Positions 10,591-24,336 of a stretch of 51,390 nucleotides of DNA are shown piece by piece (position 1 is the first letter of the stretch; each line of letters opens with the position of its first letter). The notes beneath the pieces are model-generated. The model made no database searches and was not told the origin of the DNA. It saw only the letters and a list, made by a program, of their open reading frames with translations. The stretch is from Bradyrhizobium sp. (lineage in GTDB: Bacteria; Pseudomonadota; Alphaproteobacteria; Rhizobiales; Xanthobacteraceae). The stretch is from contig NZ_JBARGP010000694.1 of assembly GCF_049798375.1 (NCBI RefSeq), positions 1-51,390 on the forward strand, in the 5' to 3' direction. Both the position numbers and the translations under genes were made by a program.

Positions 10591-11480
10591 CCGTGCCGGA
10601 CCTTTCCCTCGGCCGACTTCGCGCGGTACTCGATCTCCGCGAGCAGCTTCGGCTCGACCCAGACGCCCTTGTGGGCGATCCTGCTTGGCGTAGGGCTGGG
10701 TCTTGCGAACGAGCGGCTCCAATCTTCTCCGGAGCTCCGCGGTCGATGTCTTGTCGAAGCCATGGTCGACCTTGCCGGCGTAGACCAGGTCCGGTCCCTT
10801 GCGCCTGCCGACGTAGAGGCCGTCCCACTTGGTGCCGTCGAGGGCGAAGCCCGCGATCGTCAGCGTCTCCCGCTGCGCGCAGGTCTTTTTTACCCAATTA
10901 TTGCCGCGACCGCTGACATAGGTGCTGTCCCGGACCTTCGATACCACGCCCTCGAGCCCGAGCTTGCAGGCGTGCGCGAACATATCTGCGCCTTCGATCT
11001 CGAAGCTTTCGCTGAACTGGACGTCGGTGCCGGCGACGATCTTTTTGAGCTCCGCCTTCCGCTGGTGAAGAGGGAGCTTCCTCAGGTCGCGGCCGTTCAG
11101 GTAGAGCAAGTCGAAGGCGACGAGGACGATGCGCTTCGAACTTCCCCTCAGCTCGTTCTGCAGCACCGAGAAATCCGTGGAGCCGTCGGCAGCGGGCACG
11201 ACGATCTCGCCGTCGATCACCGCGGAGCTTGCCTTGATCCGCCAGGCGTCGCTGGCGACCTTCTTGAATCGATTGGTCCAGTCATGGCCGCGCCGGGTGA
11301 AGATCTTCACCGCTTCGTTGTGAAGGTGGGCCTGGACGCGGTAGCCGTCGAACTTGATTTCGTGAATCCAGCGGGACCCGGACGGCACCTTCCCGATGGA
11401 AGATGCCAGGGCCGGCTCGACGAAATCGGGAACGACGCCTTGACGCCGATGTCGGCAGGCTTCCTACGCGCAAACGCCAC
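10591..11480 (-). pseudogene. ligD: ATP-dependent NHEJ DNA ligase (LigD ligase-domain type); frameshifts at ~11430 and ~10683, 3' end truncated
   Basis: FVEPALAS..., WIHEIKFDGYR (motif I), IDGEIV, AFDLL, LEGVVSK, WVKK, WVEPKLLAEIEY...GKVRH, then an abrupt break. Confidence 0.88.
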
Positions 11481-11534
11481 GAACCAACTCCACGCAACAA
11501 ACGTGATTCAAGGTGGCACATGCGGAATCGTTCC

Positions 11535-11559
11535 GGAACCAGTGAATCCTTGTGACGTT
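11535..11559 (+). promoter_or_regulatory. EcfG/RpoE2 promoter GGAAC-N16-CGTT, back-to-back with a minus-strand GGAAC-N16-CCTT toward ligD
   Basis: GTTCCGGAAC palindrome at 11530-11539; CGTT at 11556-11559. Confidence 0.7.
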
Positions 11560-11590
11560 GCTTCGGCATCGTTCAACAAAGGAGCCGACC

Positions 11591-11779
11591 ATGGCAAAGG
11601 CAGCGAAGAAGAAAACCGCTCGGGGGCGCAAACAGGACCGGGCCCGCGTGGCCGGCGGGCAGAAGTACGAAGTCGGCTACGAGGCGAAGAAGACCGGCCG
11701 CTCGGCTTCCGCAGTCAAGAAGGCGGTCAAGAAGGTCGGCAACTCCCGCAAGCGTGTCGAGAAGCGGCTCGCTCGGTAG
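11591..11779 (+). CDS. DUF3606-like small basic protein
   Basis: RKQDRARVAGGQKYEVGY...AVKKAVKKVGNSR; RBS AAGGAG. Confidence 0.8.
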   Translation: MAKAAKKKTARGRKQDRARVAGGQKYEVGYEAKKTGRSASAVKKAVKKVGNSRKRVEKRLAR

Positions 11780-11794
11780 TCGGGGTCCTGCCGG

Positions 11795-12661
11795 CTAGAT
11801 GCGGCTGCTGAACCTGTTGAACGCGGTCAGCCGCTGCACGCTGGGCTCGACGTCGCGCATGTATATCTCGGCCCGCAGGAAGGCGATCTCGTCGTCGTAG
11901 GCGGTCTCGTCGATGTCTCTGAACCAAGACTTGGGTCTCCCGTCGCTGCCGTCGTTCCAGCGGTAGCCGCGCTTCTTCAACGTGTCCTTGAGCTCGAACG
12001 GCGACTGCTCCGCCCAGATGCGCACCGTCGGCTTGCGGGCGGTCTCGAGCAGGAGCGCGAGCGCCGGCGCGCCGGTCGTTGGCAGCGTGACGTCCAGGAT
12101 CTCCAGCAGGGCATGGCAGTCGTCAACGGCCCGATGGGCGTGATGGAAGTAGCCGGCCCCGTTCAGCAGATATCCGAGCTGCGCCCCCGCGAAGCCGTGC
12201 TTTCGCCAGTCGATCTCGGTCGCGCTGCAGCCCCAGGCCATGCCTTCGAAGACCGGCCAGTACCTCTCCGTGAACTTGCGGTCGAAAGCGGAATTGTGCG
12301 CGATTGTGATCAAACCGTCCCCGACGAAGGCCGCGACCGCCGCATCGTCGAATCTATGACCGGCCACCATTTCGTTCGTAATGCCGGTGATCGCCGTTAT
12401 GTCAGCGTGGATCGGCACCGTCGGTTCATTGAAGGCCGAAAATACATCTCTGACGCCGAGGATGCGTCCGTCCGCCGTGTAGTCGAATTTGACCATGCCG
12501 AGCTCGATGATCTCGTCCTTGGCGTGGTCGAGACCGGTGGTCTCGGTGTCGAGCAGAATACCCGTCTTGACGTCCTGCCCGACGGCCGGCGTGTATGGCG
12601 CTCGGGCGACCAGGCGCCGCAGCACCCGGTAGTCCGAGGACCGTCCCAGCGCCTGGGCCAT
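11795..12661 (-). CDS. DEDDh 3'-5' exonuclease (DNA Pol III epsilon-like)
   Basis: LLDTETTG, IAHNSAFDR and HRAVDDC exonuclease motifs; the true start may be slightly upstream. Confidence 0.9.
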   Translation of the reverse strand: MAQALGRSSDYRVLRRLVARAPYTPAVGQDVKTGILLDTETTGLDHAKDEIIELGMVKFDYTADGRILGVRDVFSAFNEPTVPIHADITAITGITNEMVAGHRFDDAAVAAFVGDGLITIAHNSAFDRKFTERYWPVFEGMAWGCSATEIDWRKHGFAGAQLGYLLNGAGYFHHAHRAVDDCHALLEILDVTLPTTGAPALALLLETARKPTVRIWAEQSPFELKDTLKKRGYRWNDGSDGRPKSWFRDIDETAYDDEIAFLRAEIYMRDVEPSVQRLTAFNRFSSRI

Positions 12662-12886
12662 GCCGGCCAGGTCGGCTGGATCGAGGAAGCTCTCGTCTCA
12701 TAGGGGTCTCGGCAAAGCGATCATGTTGGATGACCATACCGGCGGCGCGGGCCACGAGGTACTCCGAAATCAGGCGATTCACGTCATTTTGGAGCCCATT
12801 CGCTCGCTTCGGTCGTGCTGCGGGTGGGCCCGCTACGCGCCGGGGTCCGGACCAAATTTTCTCGGCGCCGACGCCGACCTGGTGTC

Positions 12887-12911
12887 GGAACCGATGAGCC
12901 TCATTCGTCTT
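12887..12911 (+). promoter_or_regulatory. Putative EcfG/RpoE2 promoter of ku (copy 1)
   Basis: GGAAC cgatgagcctcattcgtc TT; same geometry as before ku copy 2. Confidence 0.65.
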
Positions 12912-12945
12912 GAATCCAGGCACCGTCACCTGGAGTTCCGCGTAC

Positions 12946-13875
12946 ATGGCCCCCCGTGCCAACTGGAAAGGCTTCCTTCGGCTGTCCCTGGTCACCTGCC
13001 CGGTGGCGCTTTATCCGGCGACGTCCGAGTCCGAGAAGATCAGCTTCAACCAGCTGAACCGGGCGACCGGCCACCGCATCAAATACCTGAAGGTCGATGC
13101 GGACACCGGCGACGAGGTGGCCAATGAGGACATCGTCAAGGGCTACAAGGTCGACACCGACACCTTCATCGAGGTCACTAAGGAAGAACTCGAGAACGTC
13201 GCCCTGGAATCCACCCGGACGATCGAGATCGACGAGTTCGTCGACCGCAGCGATATCGATCCGCGCTACCTGATCCGTCCCTACTACCTGCGTCCGGACG
13301 GCAAGGTCGGCCACGACGCCTTTGCGGTGATCCGCGAGACCATCCGCGAGATGGACAAGGTCGCCATCGGCCGCGTCGTGCTGACCAACCGAGAGCACAT
13401 CATCGCGCTGGAGCCGCTGGACAAGGGCCTGATGGGGACGCTGTTGCGCTACCCCTACGAAGTGCGGGACCCGGCCGAATACTTCGACGAGATCCAGGAC
13501 GTGAAGGTCACGAAGGACATGCTCGACCTCGCACGGCACATCGTCGAGCAGAAGGCCGGAAACTTCGAACCGGACAAGTTCGAGGACCAGTACGAAACGG
13601 CGCTGGTCGATCTCATCAACCAGAAGCGCGCCGGCAAGCCGATCACCCCCAAGGAGCGCCCGCGCGGCGAGAACGTCGTCGACCTTATGGACGCGCTGCG
13701 CAAGAGCGTCGGTGGCGCCGCGGCGGATACCAAGGCCCCCAAGAAGCCGGCCAAGAAAGCCAAGAAGGCCGCGCCCGGCCAAAAGGAGATGCTGATGCCC
13801 ATTGCCGGCAAGAAGCCGGCGAAGGAGACCGCTTCGAAGAAGCCGGCGGCAGGGGCTCGGCGGAAGTCGGCGTGA
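12946..13875 (+). CDS. ku: NHEJ Ku protein (copy 1)
   Basis: MAPRANWKGFLRLSLVTCPVALYPAT...VKGY...RPYYL...NVVDLMDALRKS with a basic C-terminal tail. Confidence 0.96.
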   Translation: MAPRANWKGFLRLSLVTCPVALYPATSESEKISFNQLNRATGHRIKYLKVDADTGDEVANEDIVKGYKVDTDTFIEVTKEELENVALESTRTIEIDEFVDRSDIDPRYLIRPYYLRPDGKVGHDAFAVIRETIREMDKVAIGRVVLTNREHIIALEPLDKGLMGTLLRYPYEVRDPAEYFDEIQDVKVTKDMLDLARHIVEQKAGNFEPDKFEDQYETALVDLINQKRAGKPITPKERPRGENVVDLMDALRKSVGGAAADTKAPKKPAKKAKKAAPGQKEMLMPIAGKKPAKETASKKPAAGARRKSA

Positions 13876-14201
13876 AGCACCCGGAGACCCCGGATGGCAG
13901 ATATTTCGTCGTCCGCGGACGACTGTGGCGGATGGCCAACCCGGATCTCGACAAAGACCAACGATTGAAATTGGTGAAGCAGCTGATGGCGGCGAGGCGA
14001 GCCGTCCGGCACGCGAAAGCCAAACAGGATCCGCCTGCCGAAGTGGCGGCGCATCGGGCCGTTGACGACGCCAAGCGGGAGCTTGGCGAACGCGGTCCGG
14101 TCTGGTGGAAGGACGGCGCTCCCGACCTCAACCGGCACATGGCGAAGAATACGCCCTACGCCGACTGGTACGCCAAGCTCGCTCGAGATGGAGGACATTG
14201 A
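13872..14201 (+). CDS. Hypothetical protein coupled to ku
   Basis: GTGA overlap with ku; TPDGRYFVVRGRLWR...LGERGPVWW. Confidence 0.75.
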   Translation: MKHPETPDGRYFVVRGRLWRMANPDLDKDQRLKLVKQLMAARRAVRHAKAKQDPPAEVAAHRAVDDAKRELGERGPVWWKDGAPDLNRHMAKNTPYADWYAKLARDGGH

Positions 14202-14202
14202 T

Positions 14203-14865
14203 ATGCCGAAGGCAGCTATCTTCGACCTGGACGGCACGCTTCTGGACTCGGTCGATTTCCACGCGCTCGCGTGGCAGGAAGCCTTGGTGAAGTTCGGCCA
14301 CGACGTGAGCTTCGAAGAAGCACGGAGCCAGATCGGAAAAGGCGGAGACAAGCTCATTCCCGTATTCCTGTCGGCCGACGAACAACGAGACCATGGCAAG
14401 GAGATGGAGGAATGGCGCGGTAAGCGGTTCAAGTCCGAATATTTGCCGCTTGTACGACCGTTCTCGGCAGTCCCGGACCTGCTTACGCGGCTACGGGATG
14501 CTGGGGTTCGGGTCGCCGTCGCTTCCTCGGCCAAGAACGATGAACTCGACCAGTACCTCGATATCGCGCGCATTGCCGGCCTGGTGGATGTGTCGACCTC
14601 GTCAGATGACGTGAAGGAATCGAAGCCCGCCCCCGACATCTTCGAGGCCGCTATCCACAGGCTCAAAATTCGGGGCGGCGACGCAGTCGCGATCGGCGAC
14701 ACGCCCTATGATGCCGAAGCGGCGGGTAAAGCCGGGATCCCGACCATCGGCGTGCTGTGTGGCGGGTTCACCGAACAGACGCTGAGGCAAGCCGGATGCA
14801 TCGAGATATATCCTGGCCCGGCCGCGCTCTTCGCATGCTTTGAGAGTTCCCCGCTGGCAAGGTAG
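14203..14865 (+). CDS. HAD-family hydrolase
   Basis: IFDLDGTL, ASS, KPAPD and IGDTPYD motifs; RBS GGAGG. Confidence 0.92.
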   Translation: MPKAAIFDLDGTLLDSVDFHALAWQEALVKFGHDVSFEEARSQIGKGGDKLIPVFLSADEQRDHGKEMEEWRGKRFKSEYLPLVRPFSAVPDLLTRLRDAGVRVAVASSAKNDELDQYLDIARIAGLVDVSTSSDDVKESKPAPDIFEAAIHRLKIRGGDAVAIGDTPYDAEAAGKAGIPTIGVLCGGFTEQTLRQAGCIEIYPGPAALFACFESSPLAR

Positions 14866-14890
14866 GCGGGTTCCCGTTCCGGCGCGTTCG

Positions 14891-14915
14891 GGAACCAGGT
14901 TCCATTGATCGTCTT
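14891..14915 (+). promoter_or_regulatory. Putative EcfG/RpoE2 promoter upstream of the hybrid kinase
   Basis: GGAAC caggttccattgatcgtc TT. Confidence 0.5.
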
Positions 14916-15045
14916 GTGTAGATGCTGAGTTCCGTCGAAACGAGCCTGCGCGAGTCCTGACCAGCCTCGATGGACAATCCGAAGTCGCCACCTCTAAAAT
15001 ATTATTATTTGTCTTTCTGACGCTGCTTCGAAGCGGGATGTATCC

Positions 15046-18879
<3,834 letters not shown>

Positions 18880-18920
18880 TTGAGCAAACTGGGAACGTGG
18901 TATGAGCGCTGGAGTGCAGG

Positions 18921-20084
18921 GTGAGTGATTCAGGAAAATGGGTGAGCCAAGGTCAAGAGCGCTTGGCCGACTTCATCCGCAACAACCAACCAGCAATCAT
19001 CAAGGAATGGACGGACTTCGCCCGAACACGCTCGCCGGCGAGCGACGCGATGTCGAAGCTCGCTCTCGAAGACCATATCGCCGACATTCTCAAGTTCGTC
19101 GCCGACGACCTGGAGTCGCCGCAGACCGCGCGCGAGCGGGTCGAGAAGTCGCACGGCTTGGCCGAGGAAAATGGACCCTTCAGCCAGAGCGCTGCGGAAG
19201 TTCATTCCGCGCTTCGGCTCGCCGATGGGTTCGACATCGACCAGATGGTTTCGGAATATCGCGCGCTACGCGCAAGCGTCGTGAAGCAATGGGTGGCGCA
19301 GCATGAAATCCTTGCCAGCACGGATATCGAGGATCTTACGCGCTTCAACGAAGCAATCGACCAGGCCGTGACGGAATCGGTCGCCCATTACACCAAGACG
19401 ATCAACAACTCGCGCAACCTGTTTCTGGGAGTCCTTGGGCACGACCTGCGTAATCCCATAGGCGCGGCTTCCATGGCTGCGCAGAGGATGGCACGATCGG
19501 TAGCGTCTGATCCGAAGCAGGCAAGAATGGTTGCCGAGATGGTCCGGACTACGGACAGGGCCACGCGCATCCTCAACGACCTGCTGGATCTCACGCGCTC
19601 CTCTTTCGGCACGGACATCCCGGTCGAAAAAAGCGAGACCGACATGGTCACGCTGTGCCAGGAAATCGCAGACGAATTGCGGGGCATCAACCCGAGCCAG
19701 ACCATCGAAGTCACCCATCAGGGCGACCCGACGGGCCTCTGGGACGCGGCGCGAATGGGGCAGGTCCTCTCCAACCTGATGGGCAATGCGATCCAGTACA
19801 GCGATGCCTCGATGCCGGTTTCCGTGGCCATATCCGGAATAGACTCCGCGACCGTCGTCGTGACCGTGCATAATTTTGGCCCGCCGATTCCGCCTGAAAG
19901 TCAGAAGATCATTTTCCAATCGTGGATGCGCGGCCAGGAGGTCAAGGTTACCGCCGAGCACGGGACCCACCTGGGCCTAGGGCTCTACATCGCGAGATTG
20001 ATCGTCGAAGCCCATGGCGGCGAGATCTCCGTCGCCTCCAAACAGAAGTCTGGCACGACCTTCACGCTTCGGCTTCCACGCTAG
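18921..20084 (+). CDS. Sensor histidine kinase with RsbRD_N-like N-terminus
   Basis: [21 protein letters not shown]; intact paralog of 3186-4341. Confidence 0.92.
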   Translation: MSDSGKWVSQGQERLADFIRNNQPAIIKEWTDFARTRSPASDAMSKLALEDHIADILKFVADDLESPQTARERVEKSHGLAEENGPFSQSAAEVHSALRLADGFDIDQMVSEYRALRASVVKQWVAQHEILASTDIEDLTRFNEAIDQAVTESVAHYTKTINNSRNLFLGVLGHDLRNPIGAASMAAQRMARSVASDPKQARMVAEMVRTTDRATRILNDLLDLTRSSFGTDIPVEKSETDMVTLCQEIADELRGINPSQTIEVTHQGDPTGLWDAARMGQVLSNLMGNAIQYSDASMPVSVAISGIDSATVVVTVHNFGPPIPPESQKIIFQSWMRGQEVKVTAEHGTHLGLGLYIARLIVEAHGGEISVASKQKSGTTFTLRLPR

Positions 20085-20100
20085 TGCTTCGTGGGCATCA

Positions 20101-22026
20101 TTAACTCGCTAACAGCTCTATGGCGTCTGCGAGGTCGCGCTCGAAGAAAGGCTTCGCAAGCCGCGGAATTGCCTGAGCCGGGCCCTCCGGCAATTCGGCG
20201 TAGCCGGTGGCAATCAGGATCCGTATGCCCGGCCAATCGCGGCGGACCACTTCCGCTAGTTCGGAGCCGGTGATGCCGGGCATTGCCTGATCGGTGATGA
20301 GGAGATCGATATCTCCCTTCTCGCCGATGAGGGTTAAGGCTTCTGCTGCGCTTGAGGCGGAAAAAACCGTGTGTCCGAGTTCTTGCAGCATGGCGAGTGT
20401 ATTGAAGGCGACCAAGGGATCGTCGTCGACGCTGACTATCCTGAGCGAGCGCGCGGTAGATGAGGCAGGAGGAGAAGGGTCCGATGCTTCCGATTGCTTT
20501 GCCCTAAGCGCCGCCGGCAAGCAAAGCTCAGCAGTCGTTCCCTCTCCGGGTTTGCTCTTGAGATATAGTTTGCCACCGGTTTGCTCGGTCATGCCGAGGA
20601 CCATCGGAAGGCCGAGACCGGTACCCTTTCCCACCCCCTTCGTCGTGTAGAAGGGTTCGATGGCGTGTCTCAGTGTCTGGTCGTCCATGCCGGTGCCGGT
20701 GTCTTTTACGGACAGGCAAATATAGAGCCCCGGCTTGAGCCCAGGCTCGTTCTGAACGTTCCGCTCATGCGCGGAGATGACGACGAAGCCGCCTCGAGGC
20801 ATCGCATCCTTTGCGTTCATCGCAAGATTCAGGATGGCGAGTTCAAGCTGGTTCGCGTCGGCGGACGCGTTCGGCAGGCCCAACGAGAAGCGGGTTTCGA
20901 TCTGGATGGTCGAGCCCAGCGAGCTCCGCAGCAGGTCGGTCATGCCGTTGATGAGTTCGGGGACATTGACGGATTGGAGTTTGAGCTCCTGACGCCGGGC
21001 AAATGCCAGCATCCGCTGCGTCAGTGCCGCGCCGCGCTGGGCACCCTGCATGGCATTGTCGATGAACCGGTGCATCTGGCTATCGCCTGAAGGCAGGCGG
21101 CGTCTCATCATCTCGAGACTGCCCTGGATGGCCATCAACAGGTTGTTGAAGTCGTGGGCGACGCCGCCGGTAAGATGACCGATCGCCTCCATCTTCTGCG
21201 ACTGCACCAATGCTTCCCGGGTACGCTCCAGCGTTTCTTCCGCTTTCTTGCGTTCGGTGACGTCCCGCGTGATCTTCGCAAAGCCCATGAGAACGCCGTC
21301 GCTGTCGCGGATCGCGTCGATCACGACGTTCGCCCAGAATGTCGTGCCGTCCTTGCGGACGCGCAGACCTTCCTTTTCGAATCTCCCGTCCCGGCGTGCT
21401 GTTTCGAGCGCGATAGCCGGAAGTCCGGCTGCGCGGTCTTCCGCGGTGTAGAAGATGGAGAAGTGCTGGCCGATGATTTCTTCCGGATTGTAGCCCTTGA
21501 TACGTTCCGCTCCCGCGTTCCAGCTTGAGACTATACCTTCAAGATTCAGCAGGAAGATTGCGTAATCGGTCACGCCCTGCACCATCAGGCGGAACTGTTC
21601 CTGACTCCGGCGCAAGTCGGCCTCGGCTGCCCGCCGTTCCGTCAGGTCACGCGTGACCTTCGCGAAACCGACCAGTTTGCCTTCGCTGTCGCGGATCGGA
21701 TCGATGATGACGTATGCCCAGAATCTGCTGCCGTCCTTGCGTACGCGCCAGCCTTCGCTTTCGAACTTGCCCTCGCGTTCCGCTGTCTCGAGGGCCCGAC
21801 GCGGGAGCTCCGTCTTTCGGTCCTCCTCGGTGTAGAACCGGGAGAAATGCTCGCCGAGGATCTCGGATTCTTCGTAGCCCTTGAAGCGCCGCGCACCCGG
21901 GTTCCAGCTGCTGATAATGCCATTGGCGTCGAGCATGTAGATCGCATAGTCGGTCACCGCCTCCACCAGCATGCGGTAGCGGCCTTCGGCCGATTGCGCG
22001 GCTTCGAATCGGTCTCTGCGCTCCAA
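20101..22026 (-). CDS. PAS-PAS hybrid histidine kinase/response regulator
   Basis: Two PAS domains (RVRKDG), AHDFNNL, GTGLGL and a C-terminal REC. Confidence 0.95.
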   Translation of the reverse strand: MERRDRFEAAQSAEGRYRMLVEAVTDYAIYMLDANGIISSWNPGARRFKGYEESEILGEHFSRFYTEEDRKTELPRRALETAEREGKFESEGWRVRKDGSRFWAYVIIDPIRDSEGKLVGFAKVTRDLTERRAAEADLRRSQEQFRLMVQGVTDYAIFLLNLEGIVSSWNAGAERIKGYNPEEIIGQHFSIFYTAEDRAAGLPAIALETARRDGRFEKEGLRVRKDGTTFWANVVIDAIRDSDGVLMGFAKITRDVTERKKAEETLERTREALVQSQKMEAIGHLTGGVAHDFNNLLMAIQGSLEMMRRRLPSGDSQMHRFIDNAMQGAQRGAALTQRMLAFARRQELKLQSVNVPELINGMTDLLRSSLGSTIQIETRFSLGLPNASADANQLELAILNLAMNAKDAMPRGGFVVISAHERNVQNEPGLKPGLYICLSVKDTGTGMDDQTLRHAIEPFYTTKGVGKGTGLGLPMVLGMTEQTGGKLYLKSKPGEGTTAELCLPAALRAKQSEASDPSPPASSTARSLRIVSVDDDPLVAFNTLAMLQELGHTVFSASSAAEALTLIGEKGDIDLLITDQAMPGITGSELAEVVRRDWPGIRILIATGYAELPEGPAQAIPRLAKPFFERDLADAIELLAS

Positions 22027-22178
22027 AGCTCGCCTGCGTTAGTTCTTGTGCCCCCAACGATTACGCGGCGCGAAGATAAGCGTTCCACAAAGGACTAATA
22101 ATACTGGGATTTCCAAGGGGTGAGGATACGTCAGCAACAGTGAACCTGAGACGGGATCCATACAAGGGGAACTCATTG

Positions 22179-22436
22179 CTAGGCGCATTCGGGGCAGACG
22201 TCGCCGATCGAATCCAGAACCTCGCGAACCTCGGCGACGGCCTGGTCGGGCGAGAGCCCGGACGGCGGGTCTTCGCGAGCGACCTCGAAGGCGTGCTCCC
22301 GCGCATGCGGGTCCGCGCGGTCCTTCGCCCAACCGTGCTCTTCGCACTCGTGGATGGCGCCCGCCTCCTGCAGCACGTGGATCGCCCAGCCGCGCAGCGT
22401 TCGCGTCGCCTGCCTTCGTTCTTTCGTCATCAGCAT
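22179..22436 (-). CDS. Small Cys/His (putative metal-binding) hypothetical protein, copy 1
   Basis: HECEEHG...CPEC; RBS AGGAG; near-identical paralog at 26560-26829. Confidence 0.75.
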   Translation of the reverse strand: MLMTKERRQATRTLRGWAIHVLQEAGAIHECEEHGWAKDRADPHAREHAFEVAREDPPSGLSPDQAVAEVREVLDSIGDVCPECA

Positions 22437-22458
22437 CGAGATTACTCCTGCCAAGACG

Positions 22459-22483
22459 AATCCTTCGGTCTCCGGCCCGTTCC
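22459..22483 (-). promoter_or_regulatory. Putative EcfG/RpoE2 promoter
   Basis: GGAAC-N18-TT on the minus strand; the paralog at 26852-26877 has GGAAC-N19-TT. Confidence 0.5.
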
Positions 22484-22561
22484 TGGCTGTTAGCACGGGT
22501 CAGGGATTCCGAATTGGCGGGGCTCCGCTTTTCCACGTGTTCCGCCGACGCCTTGCAGAAG

Positions 22562-23284
22562 CTACGTCGCTGGCGCGGGATCTTCCTTGACGCCGCGGGC
22601 GACGACCCGGAGTGCCCCGTCCGGCAGCGGCCGCTGCAGCTTCAGAGCCTCATCCGGAGGCCGGGTCATCCAGGTCTCGACCTCTTCCGGCGTCGTCAGG
22701 ATCACGGGCATGGCCTTCGGATGAATGGCGCCGACCTCGGCATTCGGCTCCGTCGTCAGGAATGCGTAGAGATCGTTGGTCGTCTCGCCTTCCTTGACCT
22801 TCCTGACCGACGTCCAATTGGTCCAGATGCCGGCGAAACAGATGAGGGGGCGGGTCTCATCGAGCGCGAACCAGATGTCGCCGCCTTCGGCCCTGTTGAA
22901 CTCGCTGAAGGAGTTGAACGGAACTACGCAGCGATTCTCGACGCCCAGCCAGCGCGTCCAGTGCTTCGATCTCACGTTGCGGATGTTGGTCGTCCCGCCG
23001 TCCGGCTCCATCCGGAGCAATTCCTTGAAATCGACCGCCTTGCCCTTGGCTTGCAGCTTCTCCGCCCGCTTCTTGGTGGCGTCCATCAACGCTTTGGACG
23101 ATGACGGCATCCCCCACCGAGCGGTGGCGAGCTCGCGGCCGTCGGCGCCGGTCCGGACGATCGGCGCCTTGTAGTCAGGAAACACGCCTGGCATCGGCCC
23201 GAGGTTGCCGACGTACTGGTTGACGACGCGAAACAGCGCACTGATGGCCGCCTGGTTCGTCGTGATCGAATAGAGATTGCACAT
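22562..23284 (-). CDS. SOS response-associated peptidase (SRAP; YedK/HMCES family), copy 1
   Basis: N-terminal MCNLY (catalytic Cys2), ARWG, NRCVVP..FSE, FAGIW, IHPKAMPVIL. Confidence 0.93.
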   Translation of the reverse strand: MCNLYSITTNQAAISALFRVVNQYVGNLGPMPGVFPDYKAPIVRTGADGRELATARWGMPSSSKALMDATKKRAEKLQAKGKAVDFKELLRMEPDGGTTNIRNVRSKHWTRWLGVENRCVVPFNSFSEFNRAEGGDIWFALDETRPLICFAGIWTNWTSVRKVKEGETTNDLYAFLTTEPNAEVGAIHPKAMPVILTTPEEVETWMTRPPDEALKLQRPLPDGALRVVARGVKEDPAPAT

Positions 23285-23287
23285 GAG

Positions 23288-23737
23288 TCAGGCTTCGGTT
23301 CGAGGATGCCGGGGTTGCCAGGCCAGTTGTAGCAGGGTCGCCGGCGGGCGTCGGCCCGCCCCGGCGCATTTTCGGCACCGCAGCCGGCTGGCGAGGTCGT
23401 GGACGAAGGTGGTCGGCGGGTGCTTCAAGGCGGTCAGATCGATCTCGCTCGGCGTCTTGCACCGGGAGCACCGGATCTCCAGCCACGCGAAGCCGCCGTT
23501 GATGGCCTGGTCGATTGTGGGCGAGGGATCGATCGGCTCCCCGTCGGACCACATCCGCTCGTTCCAGCTTTCGCACAGCAGCTGGTCCGCCTGCTGCAGC
23601 ATGGTCTCGGCCTTGGCCCGCATTTCGGCGGACTGGGTGGCGAGGATGTTGGTCATCGCTCGCGCCTTTCCCAGCTCCTTGCTCAGGGCCTTGCGGTCGC
23701 CTCCGGAGAGCGGCGTGGGATGATGTTTCGGCGCCAT
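23288..23737 (-). CDS. Hypothetical Zn-ribbon protein, copy 1
   Basis: CSRC...CRKC; paralog at 27683-28129. Confidence 0.75.
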   Translation of the reverse strand: MAPKHHPTPLSGGDRKALSKELGKARAMTNILATQSAEMRAKAETMLQQADQLLCESWNERMWSDGEPIDPSPTIDQAINGGFAWLEIRCSRCKTPSEIDLTALKHPPTTFVHDLASRLRCRKCAGAGRRPPATLLQLAWQPRHPRTEA

Positions 23738-23776
23738 CGGAATCCGGTTCAAAGGCTATCGTCGACGCGCCGGCGA

Positions 23777-24184
23777 TTACTCGAATGAGGGCCAGCAGCC
23801 ATCCTCTTCGAGTCGCCCGGTCCGCTGGGTACAAGTGTCGTCCAGCAATCTCTGCCCCACGTCCTTCCAGATGGCCTGAGGTCCGGGCAGCCGGACGGCG
23901 TCGGCCGTCTGGATCTCGACGATCCGTCCGCAGCGGCGGCAGGCGACCCGCAGCAGGTGCCGCTGGATCTCGGCCAGGCGCTGCGTTCGGACCGATGGGC
24001 CCGAGGAGGTTGCCCGATCGCCGGCGGCGTCGTCCAGGATGGCCTGCCAGTATTCGGGCGGCATCTCGTCGCCGGGCCCCGACGGACGCACCGGCGGCAC
24101 ATTTGCGCGGACCGCAGACGCGGCCGCGAGCTTGTCCATCTGCTTTCGGGTCGGAATGCGCCAGCTGGCGGGTCGATCGGTCAT
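23777..24184 (-). CDS. Hypothetical Cys-rich protein, first gene of the SRAP operon
   Basis: CRRC...C...C; C-terminus duplicated at 28138-28240. Confidence 0.7.
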   Translation of the reverse strand: MTDRPASWRIPTRKQMDKLAAASAVRANVPPVRPSGPGDEMPPEYWQAILDDAAGDRATSSGPSVRTQRLAEIQRHLLRVACRRCGRIVEIQTADAVRLPGPQAIWKDVGQRLLDDTCTQRTGRLEEDGCWPSFE

Positions 24185-24194
24185 GCCACCACTA

Positions 24195-24209
24195 GAACAT
24201 ATCAAGAAC
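24195..24209. promoter_or_regulatory. Alphaproteobacterial LexA (SOS) box
   Basis: GAAC-atatcaa-GAAC is a perfect GAAC-N7-GAAC, 11 nt upstream of the ATG at 24184. Confidence 0.8.
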
Positions 24210-24275
24210 GAAAAAGTCGAGTCCGCCGAAGGTCGAACGGACAAAATGAATCCGGTTGCGGCCGCTCAGGGAGTC

Positions 24276-24300
24276 GGAACCAGGGTCGCCCGTTCGTCTT
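24276..24300 (+). promoter_or_regulatory. Putative EcfG/RpoE2 promoter of ku (copy 2)
   Basis: GGAAC cagggtcgcccgttcgtc TT. Confidence 0.65.
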
Positions 24301-24336
24301 GAGTCCGAACCGGTCACCGTTTGGAGTAGCTGCGTC

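Noticed and set aside
18892..18916. GGAAC upstream of the kinase at 18921
   Set aside because: No TT at the N18 position and too close to the start codon.
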